Shown: positions 1 to 9,794 of the stretch, in pieces | Position numbering within the stretch: the first letter of the stretch is position 1 | Layout: every line of letters starts with the position of its first letter | Virus record (IMG/VR): IMGVR_UViG_3300009563_000549 | Location: 7,257-71,256 of that record | Origin: a virus | Taxonomy: Duplodnaviria; Caudoviricetes | Reading direction: 5' to 3' (one strand) | Length of the DNA stretch: 64,000 nucleotides | Made by a program: the position numbers and the translations under genes | Notes under the pieces: model-generated | What the model was told of the DNA's origin: nothing | Databases searched by the model: none | The model's input: only the letters and a program-made list of their open reading frames with translations

Positions 1-1128
1 AACTCCTTGTATGAGAGCTGCTCGAACATCTTTCCAACTTTCTTCACCATCGACAATGTCGTCGATCGTCCAATCAGGATTTTTCTTTCCCTTAGGACTG
101 TAAGTGAAAATATTGAGCTCTCTTGCCTTTTCTTCTGTCAGATATTGCATAATGAAATTTTCATCATTGCAAGTTTCTCTAGCAAGAAAACACTCTTCAA
201 GACCAAACCTTTTCTCGATGTCTTTGAAAATTTCAAATCCAAGATGGTAAGGATTGATCTTTAACCCCCAAGGACGAAGAACAGCATTATGCGTTTTTAA
301 GAACGGAAGATGATGCTCATCATCAAGTTGGAGGTCATGAAGAATTCTGTAGTGCCAGAATGAAGCCCAACCTTCATTCATGACTTTTGTTCTGATCTGC
401 GGCCAGAAATAATAAGATTCATCTCTAACAATCGAGATAACGTCTCTTTGCCAATCAGTCAATTTGTGATTATTTTCAAGAACGAACTGAAGAATATCAT
501 ATTCTGGCTCAAGCGGGAGCTTATCGATGTTGAAATTCTTCCACTCTTCTTTTTCATCGTTTTTGATGAGCTCAATGTATTTCTTGCGTAGCTCTTTCTC
601 TGTTGGCCTCGTTCTGCCTCTTCGGTCAACCTGATAATTGATTGCATGGCAAGCATCAAGAATCTTTTCTACTGCTTCAATTCCTATTGAAGGGTCTTCG
701 ATGTACCCTTTTATGCGCTTCGAAGCATTTCGAAATCTAATTGGAGCAGTTGCAGCATCAGTATCTTTAAATGTTCTGTTGTTCTTGAAAAAATCAGAGT
801 GACCGACACAGTGGGCCATGATCAAGATCTGAAGGTACAGTGGATTTTCAAGCATCAAATAGGCAATTGATGGGTCAGAGTTGATAATGAGCTCGTATGG
901 AAGGCCTTCTGCCCCTGCGTTATACATGAAGTGCGTTCTTTCGAAAGACTTACCATATGACCAGTGAGCATAGTGAGAAGGCATGCCGTGATATGACATA
1001 TGACCGATCATTTCTCGATAGTCACATGTTTCATATGCGATAGTGTACCAATCTAGACCGTAGCTTTTTGCAATTTCGCAAATTTTCTCATCCCAAACTT
1101 CAAGATCAGAAAGTGAATAATCACCCAT
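1..1128 (-). CDS. spoVR: SpoVR/YcgB family protein (truncated by window edge)
   Basis: Hand translation from ATG at 1128: MGDYSLSDLEVWDEKICEIA...GMPSHYAHWSYGKSFE...GLPYELIINSDP...IMAHCVGHSDFFKNN...TKVMNEGWASFWH. These are SpoVR hallmark motifs. Open to the left edge; TGATG-coupled to the DUF444 gene. Confidence 0.93.
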   Translation of the reverse strand, partial: MGDYSLSDLEVWDEKICEIAKSYGLDWYTIAYETCDYREMIGHMSYHGMPSHYAHWSYGKSFERTHFMYNAGAEGLPYELIINSDPSIAYLMLENPLYLQILIMAHCVGHSDFFKNNRTFKDTDAATAPIRFRNASKRIKGYIEDPSIGIEAVEKILDACHAINYQVDRRGRTRPTEKELRKKYIELIKNDEKEEWKNFNIDKLPLEPEYDILQFVLENNHKLTDWQRDVISIVRDESYYFWPQIRTKVMNEGWASFWHYRILHDLQLDDEHHLPFLKTHNAVLRPWGLKINPYHLGFEIFKDIEKRFGLEECFLARETCNDENFIMQYLTEEKARELNIFTYSPKGKKNPDWTIDDIVDGEESWKDVRAALIQGV

Positions 1129-2303
1129 CAATCACCTCCAAAAAATTTGTTGAACGTCGGCCAGATGTCTTCTTTTCTATGAATAAGAGATGTTTTAAGC
1201 GCTGGAGCCAAAGCCTGGAGCATCACAAACAGTTTTGAGCGATTGTCTGTTTTCCACTTTGGAACAATATCACTTGGCAAAATCTCACAATAACCTGTCA
1301 TTTGGCACTTCGAGGAAAGTTTTGCATACATGTCAAACGCTTTCGCATTATCAGTGTCCCAGTTGTCGCCATCAGTGCAATGGAATGAGTAGATGTTCCA
1401 AGATGACGAAGGATATCTTTTCCCAATAATTTCCAAAGCAAGCTCAGGAGCAGAAGAAATGTATGTTCCTCCTGATGATCCTCTCTTGAAGAACGAATCT
1501 TCATCGGTCTCGAAAGCTTCGGTTGTATGACCAATGAAAATGATCTCTGTCTTTTCGTATTTATGTCTAATGAACTGATAGAGCAAGAAGTAGAATGATC
1601 TTGCAATGAACTTAATGTCCTGAGACATCGACCCAGAGACGTCCATCATAAAAAAGATGACTGCATTCGTCGCTTCTTTAGGTTTCGAGCTAATATGATG
1701 ATATCTGAGATCGTTTTCATGAAATGGAAAAACTTCGTTTCCTTCTTCATCAACCTCGACAGTCCCAGCTCTCTTTGCAGCAGAAAGTCTTTTAATTCTT
1801 TGTATAGCTGACTCGCGTTTATCAAGTCTTGGAGGAATTCCTTTTGGTCTTGTGCCGTGACGCTTAGGTTTTTCCTCAAGAATGTTGCGAATTCTTTTCT
1901 TCTCAAGCTCTGGAAGGTTCAAAGCGGAGAAAAGATACTCAGCAAGTTCATCAAGAGTAATTTCAACTTCGTAAAACTCTTCACCTTTATCAGAACCGGC
2001 TTTTCTACCTGCTGACTGACCTTCATTCTTGCCTTTTTTTACAACTTGGCCTTGATGAATGTCGGTATTAGGCGCAGAACCTGCCTGTTTTTGACCTTCC
2101 GAGCTACCATAGACGAACTGCCACTCTTTCAGGCCTCTAACGGGAATTCGAATTTTTTTCTTCCCGTCTTGACCGATAATCGACTCTTCCGAGACAACAT
2201 CGGTTATTCCGTCTTTAATTGCTTTTTCGATTTTCTGCTTATGACGAGATCTATCATTCGCAGAGCGGTCAGCTGTTGTTTTGTGTTCTCTGAAGATGCT
2301 CAT
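1128..2303 (-). CDS. yeaH: YeaH/YhbH (DUF444) vWA-domain protein
   Basis: DRSANDRSRHKQKI, KKIRIPVRGLKEWQFVYG, FHENDLRY, FFMMDVSGSM (MIDAS), SSGGTYISSA, FHCTDGDNW. Confidence 0.93.
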   Translation of the reverse strand: MSIFREHKTTADRSANDRSRHKQKIEKAIKDGITDVVSEESIIGQDGKKKIRIPVRGLKEWQFVYGSSEGQKQAGSAPNTDIHQGQVVKKGKNEGQSAGRKAGSDKGEEFYEVEITLDELAEYLFSALNLPELEKKRIRNILEEKPKRHGTRPKGIPPRLDKRESAIQRIKRLSAAKRAGTVEVDEEGNEVFPFHENDLRYHHISSKPKEATNAVIFFMMDVSGSMSQDIKFIARSFYFLLYQFIRHKYEKTEIIFIGHTTEAFETDEDSFFKRGSSGGTYISSAPELALEIIGKRYPSSSWNIYSFHCTDGDNWDTDNAKAFDMYAKLSSKCQMTGYCEILPSDIVPKWKTDNRSKLFVMLQALAPALKTSLIHRKEDIWPTFNKFFGGD

Positions 2304-2355
2304 AGACTATATGTATTAAGAAATTGAGCTTAGTAACCAGTCAGAGTCATTGTTT

Positions 2356-2691
2356 TTAAACTCTTGAGAAATCATCTTCAAGTCTTACGACGTCATCAAG
2401 CTCAGGAGTCGAAACTTCTATAAGAACAGTTTGCAAAGAATCAGCTCCAAAGCGATGAATAACGCCAGGAGAAACATGAAAAATGTCACCCGGGACTAAA
2501 ATAGTCAAAGTTTTTTCATCACCGGTTTCAAGATGGAGTTCTCCTGATAGAACTCTAATTGTCTCTTCTTTTTTAAGATGATACTGTCTTGAGAGACGTT
2601 TTCCCGGATTGATTACCAAGTATTTCCCAACGTATTTGTCGGTTTGAGCCCAAATTTCTTCATGTCCCCAAGGTTTTTGGACAATTTTCAT
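2356..2691 (-). CDS. Cupin (mannose-6-phosphate isomerase type II C-terminal-like)
   Basis: KPWGHEEIWA...LSRQYHLKKEET...PGVIHRF...EVSTPELDDVVRLEDDF. Confidence 0.85.
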   Translation of the reverse strand: MKIVQKPWGHEEIWAQTDKYVGKYLVINPGKRLSRQYHLKKEETIRVLSGELHLETGDEKTLTILVPGDIFHVSPGVIHRFGADSLQTVLIEVSTPELDDVVRLEDDFSRV

Positions 2692-3194
2692 TTAATTTCT
2701 CTCATTGCTTTCACCAAGTCTGACGACGACTGGATTTTACCGCCACCCACGCCAAAGACGACGTTACATCCATTTGCTTTGCAAACATCAAATTCAGGAA
2801 CATTCTCAGCGGCGTCTCGATCACCACCCTTTGTGAACACAATTGGGCGAAGATGCTCAATTGCCCCTACAACTGTTTGACTTCCATCATCCCAGGGAAC
2901 AACATAATCGACTCCTTTCACGCAGGAAATAATTTCCATTCTCTCTTCAAGAGGCATAAAAGCATAGCCTTTTTTACGTAAAAGAAAGCCGTCACCATTT
3001 ACGATGACGGCAAGCTTTGCACGAATTCCAAGCTGTCTTGCTAATTTTGCTGACTCTACAAGACAGCGGAGATGACCAACATGCATTGGGTCAAATCCGC
3101 CTGATGTCAAAACAAGTCTCTCAGCCTGAATTTCGGTCTGAATTAAAAGTTCATTTATGTCTTTGAATATTTCGCCCATACGATAACTATACAA
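2688..3194 (-). CDS. Cytidylyltransferase (RfaE domain II/TagD-like)
   Basis: SGGFDPMHVGH (HxGH), VIVNGDGFLLRKKG, KGGDR, GGGKIQSSS. Confidence 0.88.
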   Translation of the reverse strand: MYSYRMGEIFKDINELLIQTEIQAERLVLTSGGFDPMHVGHLRCLVESAKLARQLGIRAKLAVIVNGDGFLLRKKGYAFMPLEERMEIISCVKGVDYVVPWDDGSQTVVGAIEHLRPIVFTKGGDRDAAENVPEFDVCKANGCNVVFGVGGGKIQSSSDLVKAMREIK

Positions 3195-3209
3195 AGAGTT
3201 TTTTAAATG

Positions 3210-4838
3210 TTATCCCTTGAGAGACTTTTTGAATCCTTCTGGAAAAAGACTCGAGTTTTTGTCAAAGAATCGGGTCCAATCTGCATCAAGAATGTAACTT
3301 ACCGCGTGATCATTTTGCGACCTAACCGAACGACCAACAGACTGAACAATAGTTTTTGCAGTCTGGAGAGGATACCACCAAGACCAACGATGCATCCGCT
3401 TCTTAACAATCTTGTCTCCAAGATAAGGATATGGAACTTTGCAAATAATCTGAAAACGAGAAAGATCATCCTTCAAATCTACTCCTTCTTGCATAGAAGG
3501 AGAAATAAGAACTGTTGGTTTTGAGGAAGACATATGCTCTTGAAGTTTTTGGACGCGGTCTTCACTTCCATGGACAAGAATCCTGCTTGACCGAATGTTA
3601 TCCTTCAGATATTTCGCAATTTTGTAAGTGTGAGCATGAATTACTCCCTTCTCTTTAGGGTGCTGAGCAAGAATTTCTTTCACAGCCGTGACAAGCTTGG
3701 GGAGGTCTTGGTCAATAGCAGCAGCTGTCATTCGAGCAACAGGATAAGCAAAAATTGGATGATTTTCTGGCGGGAATGGAGAGGGAATCGAGATAAATGC
3801 GCACTCCTCCTCCTTGATTCCAAGCATTTTGCAAAACCCTTCCTTGTTAAGAATGGTTGCAGACATAAGAAGAACGTTTTGACCATTTTTGAAAAGAATT
3901 TGCTCCGAGTACCCTGATACGTCGATTGGCTTGAATTCAAGCTTTCGCATTCCTCGACCTTCACCTTCTACAAGGTTGAAGACCCAATTATCTTCATTGT
4001 AAAGCTCAATAAATCGACGAACTTTGCAAGCATGCTTATCAAGCATTTCGAATTGCTTTGCAAGAGCAACGAAATCTGTCTTCATTCGGTCGGAAAGATC
4101 AAATTTTTCGATCATTTTTTCATAGTGACTCAAATGAGCAGATAGACGAGGCTCATATTCATCAGTGATCCATCTCCAAGCCTGCTTGTCAGTTGTAATG
4201 TTTGGCATTTCAATTTTAAGAGCAGTCTTTGCAAACCGCTCAGACATAGTAATTTCGATGAATCCGCTCAATTCAGTGTCAGCGTTGTGAGCTTCGTCAA
4301 GAATCAGCATCTGACGTGGTAAAAGCTTACCAGCATAATAGGTTTCTGCAAGAAAGTAACTAAAGTTTGTTACAGACTCTGTACATTGAATAAACGCACG
4401 CTTTTCTTCTTTGTAGGTGCAATTGTAGGAACAGACTTTGTGAAATTTTGATGTTGAATCATTCTCTGCTTTGAGCTGGCGCAAAGACTCTGCGCAAGTT
4501 TGACGTTTATGAAACTTGCAAGCGTAATTTGCTGACGACATTACCTGTCGCATTCTTCCGAATGGCTCACCGAAATCTTTGATGTACTGCTCTTGAAGAA
4601 GCTTTTGAGTTGTAAGGAAGTAAGCTCCCGGCTGATACTCACCAGCAGATGTATTGTGAGTCATATATCGAGCGATTGTGAGTCCGATCGCGGATTTTCC
4701 CCCACCTGTTCCGACTTCGCAAATGACAAATCGCTTTCCTGATTTGTAAGCATCAAGAGCAAAATTAATTGCTTTTTCTTGCTCTTCTCGAATAGACTCA
4801 AATGGAAAGTAATTTGACCACATTTCACGCGATGTCAT
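3210..4838 (-). CDS. DinG/XPD/YoaA-like SF2 helicase with Fe-S cysteines
   Basis: GTGGGKS (Walker A), DEAH, four Cys in NYAC..QTC..VCSYNC, SMQEGVDL, QSVGRSVRS. Confidence 0.9.
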   Translation of the reverse strand: MTSREMWSNYFPFESIREEQEKAINFALDAYKSGKRFVICEVGTGGGKSAIGLTIARYMTHNTSAGEYQPGAYFLTTQKLLQEQYIKDFGEPFGRMRQVMSSANYACKFHKRQTCAESLRQLKAENDSTSKFHKVCSYNCTYKEEKRAFIQCTESVTNFSYFLAETYYAGKLLPRQMLILDEAHNADTELSGFIEITMSERFAKTALKIEMPNITTDKQAWRWITDEYEPRLSAHLSHYEKMIEKFDLSDRMKTDFVALAKQFEMLDKHACKVRRFIELYNEDNWVFNLVEGEGRGMRKLEFKPIDVSGYSEQILFKNGQNVLLMSATILNKEGFCKMLGIKEEECAFISIPSPFPPENHPIFAYPVARMTAAAIDQDLPKLVTAVKEILAQHPKEKGVIHAHTYKIAKYLKDNIRSSRILVHGSEDRVQKLQEHMSSSKPTVLISPSMQEGVDLKDDLSRFQIICKVPYPYLGDKIVKKRMHRWSWWYPLQTAKTIVQSVGRSVRSQNDHAVSYILDADWTRFFDKNSSLFPEGFKKSLKG

Positions 4839-5642
4839 TCATTTACCTTTTTTGAAATTTTTAAATGAGTTTTCTAAAAAAACAACGTCCAAATCTTGAA
4901 GAGCGTCGTCAAATTTTAATTTTTTGAAATCATTCTCAGTAACTACAATAAACTTTAGTCCAAGTTGTTCAAAAAATTGATTTGCAAATTCACACTTTAA
5001 ATTTACTTCTTTTGTTTTTAATGCCCACGATTGCTTAACTTCATAAACAACGCTTTGCGATGGAACGTAAAAATCTATTGTGTATGTTCGTTTTGAACCA
5101 TTTTCTGCAATCCACGGAACCTTAAAACACTCATACTCAACGTCAGAAAGCGCAAGTCCAGAGTCTTCTAAATGTTTCATAAAACTAAGCTCTAAAAGAC
5201 TTCTGAAAAACTTACCTTTGTAGTAACCTTTTACTGATCTTCCTCCTCGTGTAATTTTTCCAAATGATGGATTTTTTTCACCTTTACGTGATTCTGATAA
5301 TTTTAGTTTAATTTCTTTTGCTTTTTCTTCTCCGTAAATTTCTTCTAAAGTTTTTCCTTTATTGCTTTTATTTCTTTCGCTAAAAACCAGTGAAGCAGTT
5401 TGTTTTTGATAAGACATGTCTGCTTTTTTGATTGATTTAGACATGTTTTCTTTGTAGAGTTCTTGTCTTCTGTTTGCTTCTTCTATTCCGTATTTTGTTA
5501 CCCACATTTCATAGTTTGAAATGTTTCTTTTAACAACTTTTCTTCCATTACTGTAGGCAAGTTTATTACCGCAAGAGCGTCCGCACGTTTTTGATTTACC
5601 TTTTTTGATAAATTCACACTTACAAATAACACAAACTTCCAT
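4839..5642 (-). CDS. Free-standing homing-type endonuclease: NUMOD3-like DNA-binding repeats plus TnsA-like PD-(D/E)xK domain
   Basis: GKTLEEIYGEEKAKEIKLKLSESRKGEKNP (NUMOD3-like); FRSLLELSF...YTIDFYV...YEVK. Confidence 0.7.
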   Translation of the reverse strand: MEVCVICKCEFIKKGKSKTCGRSCGNKLAYSNGRKVVKRNISNYEMWVTKYGIEEANRRQELYKENMSKSIKKADMSYQKQTASLVFSERNKSNKGKTLEEIYGEEKAKEIKLKLSESRKGEKNPSFGKITRGGRSVKGYYKGKFFRSLLELSFMKHLEDSGLALSDVEYECFKVPWIAENGSKRTYTIDFYVPSQSVVYEVKQSWALKTKEVNLKCEFANQFFEQLGLKFIVVTENDFKKLKFDDALQDLDVVFLENSFKNFKKGK

Positions 5643-5771
5643 ATCTACCTCCTGTTAAATAAGTATCTGTTTGTCGAGGTAGATACTGGTCTTGTTGTTA
5701 AATTATGCTGCTCCTGCACCAACTTCAATAATAAAATAAGAGACTCATCCAGAAATTTTTTCGAGAATCTC

Positions 5772-6128
5772 TTATCGATTGTGACAATGAGTAAGCAACT
5801 CATCAAGCGCAACACGCCGGGTAGACTCGTAGACCGCTACACCATACTCTTGAATGTAATAGACGGAATCTTGATTAAGAACCTTGTAAACGTAACGGGC
5901 CATCTCACAACTAACACGTCCTGGACTAACGCAATCGTGCTTTGCAATCGGCAGAGGGGAGAGGGTTCGAGTAGGAGGCGTCGGAGTGTAGTAGACAATA
6001 GGACCGCTAGCAATGCCTCCGTGGTGGGAGCAAGTTCCACGACCGCTGGAGGGGGATTCCCAACCATCAGCACAAGTGGTTGCATCGGCAGTGAAGATTG
6101 AAAGAATGAGAAGAAGAATGGGACGCAT
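5772..6128 (-). CDS. Secreted DUF3761-like protein
   Basis: Signal peptide followed by TCADGWESPSSGRGTCSHHGG. Confidence 0.65.
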   Translation of the reverse strand: MRPILLLILSIFTADATTCADGWESPSSGRGTCSHHGGIASGPIVYYTPTPPTRTLSPLPIAKHDCVSPGRVSCEMARYVYKVLNQDSVYYIQEYGVAVYESTRRVALDELLTHCHNR

Positions 6129-6182
6129 TGTGAGCTCCTTGCTATTTTGTTAAATAATTCGGTGGGAGAATCCTGTAAAGGA

Positions 6183-6527
6183 CTACTTACAGTACTTGCT
6201 AATTTTTAACTTAGTCTCTCCTACAAGGTAGTTGTATTTCCTCGCGCCAATCCTGTATTGGAATACGTGCTTGTAAGCTTTGAGATTCTCCTCTTTTGCA
6301 ATCCACTCTTTGCAAAGAGGCGATTGGGATGATTCAACAGCTTCTTTCTCTAAGAGAGGCACTGAGCATTCACCAAGGCGATTCACAATAGGAGAAGACT
6401 CAACGGCATCATCAACAGTAACCTGAAATGCGATGTAGCAAGTAAGAACAAGGTTGACAATAAGAAGAGGAAGCGTAAGAGATTTAGTGTTCATGATGTT
6501 CTCCATGTTAGTGTGAAACGATTCCAC
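6183..6527 (-). CDS. Hypothetical membrane-anchored protein
   Basis: ORF with N-terminal hydrophobic helix downstream of an ACCGAATTA promoter motif. Confidence 0.6.
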   Translation of the reverse strand: MESFHTNMENIMNTKSLTLPLLIVNLVLTCYIAFQVTVDDAVESSPIVNRLGECSVPLLEKEAVESSQSPLCKEWIAKEENLKAYKHVFQYRIGARKYNYLVGETKLKISKYCK

Positions 6528-6599
6528 GATGTCTAGTAATTCGGTGGGGGAAAAATGGACAGGTTATGCATAGAAAAAGTTGATGCATCAAAGCTCATA

Positions 6600-6929
6600 T
6601 CAGTTCCTTGGGTTTAGTTGAATTACGTTAGAGTCAGACTCAGAGTCATCGCAAAAATAGTCAATTTCATCAGGTCGTTTGCAAAAAAGCACGAAATCTT
6701 TTCGAGAAATAGAGAAAACCATTTCGGCATTTGTAACAGGCAAATAATGAACCGTTTTATCTGTTACTGAGTAAATCATCACTTCGCCAAAAAATGGAAC
6801 AACCCAAACTTGGCCTGGGAAAAGCGGCTTTTTAAGTGAAATCGTCTTTAAATGTGCTCGTAATAAAGACGAATAAAAGAAATCTGAAATCATGCTCAGT
6901 GTTGTAAGAAACATTTCTGATAATCGCAA
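6600..6929 (-). CDS. Hypothetical protein
   Basis: ORF in tightly packed minus-strand run. Confidence 0.55.
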   Translation of the reverse strand: MRLSEMFLTTLSMISDFFYSSLLRAHLKTISLKKPLFPGQVWVVPFFGEVMIYSVTDKTVHYLPVTNAEMVFSISRKDFVLFCKRPDEIDYFCDDSESDSNVIQLNPRN

Positions 6930-6930
6930 A

Positions 6931-7230
6931 TTACGATCCTCTTTTTTTGCGAGGGGGTTTTTCTCGATAAACGTCTTTAAGAGTCAAAAATCTCCACATG
7001 CCTTGCTCTCTATCCCAAATAGAGAAAGTAACATCATCATTAGCAGGCTGCGTGATTTCTTTGATTGTTCCGTGAGAGTATTTCGGAAGATTGATTGAAA
7101 CTCGATACCAAACAATGTCGTCAATTTTAAATTGATCAAAACTTTCTAATTTCGTTTCATTTCTTTCCGGCGGAGTATGAGTTGAAAGTGGTTGAAAGTC
7201 TCTTTTTGTCTTTGATGACTTCTTTCTCAT
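6931..7230 (-). CDS. Small SH3/KOW-like protein
   Basis: FKIDDIVWY...HGTIKEI pattern. Confidence 0.5.
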   Translation of the reverse strand: MRKKSSKTKRDFQPLSTHTPPERNETKLESFDQFKIDDIVWYRVSINLPKYSHGTIKEITQPANDDVTFSIWDREQGMWRFLTLKDVYREKPPRKKRGS

Positions 7231-7271
7231 AAAGAGATTGTATTTTGTTTGAATAAAAGTTCAAGTTTATT

Positions 7272-7553
7272 TTACTTTTGTTTCGACATTAATTTTCGTT
7301 GAATCTTCATCACTTGCTCTCTAGCCCAAAATTTTGCGCTAGACTCATCTGTGAAAAATCTAGAAGGCATATGATGATTAGCGGTGGAAATTGTTACATA
7401 CCACCCTCCTTGAGAAGGATGAGGGTTGATTTGAACCTCAACGCCGTCTGCATCTTGCCAGTCGTACATAACGTCAGTGATTCTTGGACTTTGAAAGTTT
7501 CTTCCAATTTCTTCTTGGATGAGCTCTTTGAGAATTTTTAGCGTAGTGTTCAT
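7272..7553 (-). CDS. Hypothetical protein with N-terminal LKILKELIQEEI helix
   Basis: ORF preceded by ATACTTA motif (7559-7565). Confidence 0.65.
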   Translation of the reverse strand: MNTTLKILKELIQEEIGRNFQSPRITDVMYDWQDADGVEVQINPHPSQGGWYVTISTANHHMPSRFFTDESSAKFWAREQVMKIQRKLMSKQK

Positions 7554-7574
7554 AAAATTAAGTATGAATCTAAA

Positions 7575-7608
7575 AACAAAAAAGCGCTTGCACCGAAATG
7601 CAAGCGCT
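7575..7608 (-). terminator. Intrinsic terminator after Hsp20 gene
   Basis: AGCGCTTGCA-ccgaaa-TGCAAGCGCT perfect 10 bp stem, U-tract on minus strand. Confidence 0.8.
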
Positions 7609-7627
7609 CATTTAGATTGAAAAGTTA

Positions 7628-8041
7628 TCAATCAATAGTGATTTTTAGCTTCTCTGTATTCATCGTAGGAACAAATAGCTCGAGAATACCAGCTTCGCAA
7701 CGAGCTGTAATTCCTTGGACTACAACATTCTCGCCAATCACCCAGGTGTTGAAATAGCTTACAGTGTTGTACTCGTCAACGACACGATTACCTACAACTG
7801 TAAGTAGTCCTGACTCTACATTTACATCAAGATCGCTTCGAGTTACGCCCGGCATCTCCACAGAGATTGAATAACCACGATCAGTCTTTCGTGTGTTTGA
7901 AACTGCACGACGGCGAACAGTCCGACTACGAGTAGAAGTCTTCTCATCTGTGTTATCAGTAGACCGATCACGAGAAGTAGTGCTAGAGTCAATGTTAGAG
8001 TCAAACCAAACAGCAACATTAGAGAGTGGGCCGAAGTACAT
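7628..8041 (-). CDS. Small heat-shock protein (Hsp20/alpha-crystallin)
   Basis: YSISVEMPGVTRSDLDVNVESGLLTVVG...ITARCEAGILELFVP. Confidence 0.85.
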   Translation of the reverse strand: MYFGPLSNVAVWFDSNIDSSTTSRDRSTDNTDEKTSTRSRTVRRRAVSNTRKTDRGYSISVEMPGVTRSDLDVNVESGLLTVVGNRVVDEYNTVSYFNTWVIGENVVVQGITARCEAGILELFVPTMNTEKLKITID

Positions 8042-8112
8042 TTTTTCTCCTTAGCGAGGGTGTTTCCCTCATGAAGTAATGATAATCACGTTGTTGCAAA
8101 TGAACATACATT

Positions 8113-8433
8113 CTACAACATTTTTTTTCTAACTACCCAAATTTTCCAATCTTCTTCTTCATACTCTTTACGAGAGACTCTTTTTGAGTGCAAGAATTCA
8201 CTCAACTGAGTTGGATCGCATCTTTCGCAACCTGCAAGATATGTTTTTTCGTTATCTTTATTGTCAACAATTCCAATAAAGCTCGACTGTTTTACTTCTT
8301 TTACGTGAAGCTTTACTAAAGGTCCTGCGTAGGTTCTAACATAGATTACGTCACCATTCCTAACAGTTTTATCATCACAAAAAGGAGCGCTATTTGAATT
8401 TGCAGCAGGTCTACGAATTGTTTTCGTCGTCAA
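8113..8433 (-). CDS. Hypothetical protein (SH3-like start VRNGDVIYV)
   Basis: ORF track; packed operon. Confidence 0.55.
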   Translation of the reverse strand: MTTKTIRRPAANSNSAPFCDDKTVRNGDVIYVRTYAGPLVKLHVKEVKQSSFIGIVDNKDNEKTYLAGCERCDPTQLSEFLHSKRVSRKEYEEEDWKIWVVRKKML

Positions 8434-8755
8434 CGTCTTTAATCGACTTGTTGTTGTTATAGATTTCTTTCAAAATTTGATTGTAAACTAACGTTTGTTT
8501 TTGCGAATTTGTTTTCACATTTTGAACGTTGGACCTTTTTCTAATTTTTTCTTTTAAGATTTTTCTGAGGATTTTTCTGAACTTTCTTTTTGACTTTTTT
8601 GCATCTTCATCCGAAAGACTTGAAAGCATTATGTTTAATGCTCCAATTTCTTCAAGATAAAGATACCTTGATGGGTGTATTAGACCCTTGTCGAGATAAA
8701 GCATATCAACAAGAAGCTTTGTTTTTTCTTTAGAAAGATAATCCATTTTTACCAA
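8411..8755 (-). CDS. Hypothetical basic protein
   Basis: ORF track; Lys-rich. Confidence 0.55.
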   Translation of the reverse strand: MVKMDYLSKEKTKLLVDMLYLDKGLIHPSRYLYLEEIGALNIMLSSLSDEDAKKSKRKFRKILRKILKEKIRKRSNVQNVKTNSQKQTLVYNQILKEIYNNNKSIKDVDDENNS

Positions 8756-9021
8756 AATGGTTACTAAAGAGCGTGAGCCGCGCTCTTATTCACCTGGACA
8801 AAAACTCGACTCGTCAGGACATCAGCTCAGAGTTCAAGAGCAGTTGGGTTCTGGTGTTGATAAAAATCCTGATTTTCAACATCCTTTATCGAGAATTTCT
8901 TCTCTCAAGTAAAAACTTGACCCGATTTTTTGTCCAACAAAATGAAGGACAAACAAATATTATCACGTTATGCCGAATTTTATAACGTTTTGTTCATAAT
9001 TACATTTATGTCGGAGACTAA

Positions 9022-9432
9022 ATGTCGCTAAATTGGCCAGCACCATCTCACAACTTTGTTGCCGAATACCAACAGTCAGGTATTCCATTCGTAACTTCAT
9101 CAGCAGAAAACGAAGTTACTGACACACCCATAGTGATTTCATTCCCATACGTAACTCGCTGGGTAACAGTATTCAATACTGACGGCGTTGCAAATGATTC
9201 AATCAGAGTGGGATTCACAAGAAACGGAGTAAATGCTGTTGTAGATGCAAACTACTTTGTTCTCTCAGGTTCTCAATCCACTGAAAGACTTGAAATAAAA
9301 TGCAAAGAAATTTGGATAAGAAGACATTCAAGCGGTAACGCAAGCTTCAGCGTTCTTGCTGGTCTTACTTCTGTTCCAGCAAACTCGTTCCCTGTTCTTA
9401 CAGGATCGAATGATGTTCTTGGTGTAGGGTAA
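9022..9432 (+). CDS. Probable virion/structural beta-rich protein
   Basis: Beta-strand-rich ORF, GGAG RBS, ATAATTA late-type motif at 8996-9002. Confidence 0.55.
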   Translation: MSLNWPAPSHNFVAEYQQSGIPFVTSSAENEVTDTPIVISFPYVTRWVTVFNTDGVANDSIRVGFTRNGVNAVVDANYFVLSGSQSTERLEIKCKEIWIRRHSSGNASFSVLAGLTSVPANSFPVLTGSNDVLGVG

Positions 9433-9462
9433 AAAAATCGACCAGAACTTAGTTCTGGTCGA
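9431..9462. terminator. Hairpin between convergent genes
   Basis: TCGACCAGAAC-tta-GTTCTGGTCGA 11 bp stem next to an A7 tract. Confidence 0.75.
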
Positions 9463-9483
9463 CCAGTCAGCTAAGCTGAAGCT

Positions 9484-9777
9484 TTACTGAGCTGGTGGCA
9501 CCTGCTCAGCAGCAGGCTCGGTGACTGTTCCGACAACTGGAGCATCAGCAGCTGGAGCAGTAGGTTCTACAACAGGAGTTGCTGCTGGATCAACTGGTGC
9601 AGGTGCATCAACTGGAGCAGCAGCCGCCTCTACTGGAGCATCAGTAGTAGGAGCATCAGGAGCAGGAACTGCAGCGTCACCCCAAAAGTCAAAGTAGAAG
9701 CTTGAAAGAGCTGCAATTAGAGCACCAACAAGAGCTGCAAAAAGCTTGTTTCGTCCGCTAGTAAGATTCTCACTCAT
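9484..9777 (-). CDS. Membrane-anchored Ala/Pro-rich protein
   Basis: One TM helix followed by PAPDAP/APVDAP repeats; RBS AAGGAG. Confidence 0.7.
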   Translation of the reverse strand: MSENLTSGRNKLFAALVGALIAALSSFYFDFWGDAAVPAPDAPTTDAPVEAAAAPVDAPAPVDPAATPVVEPTAPAADAPVVGTVTEPAAEQVPPAQ

Positions 9778-9794
9778 TTTTGTTGGCTCCTTAA

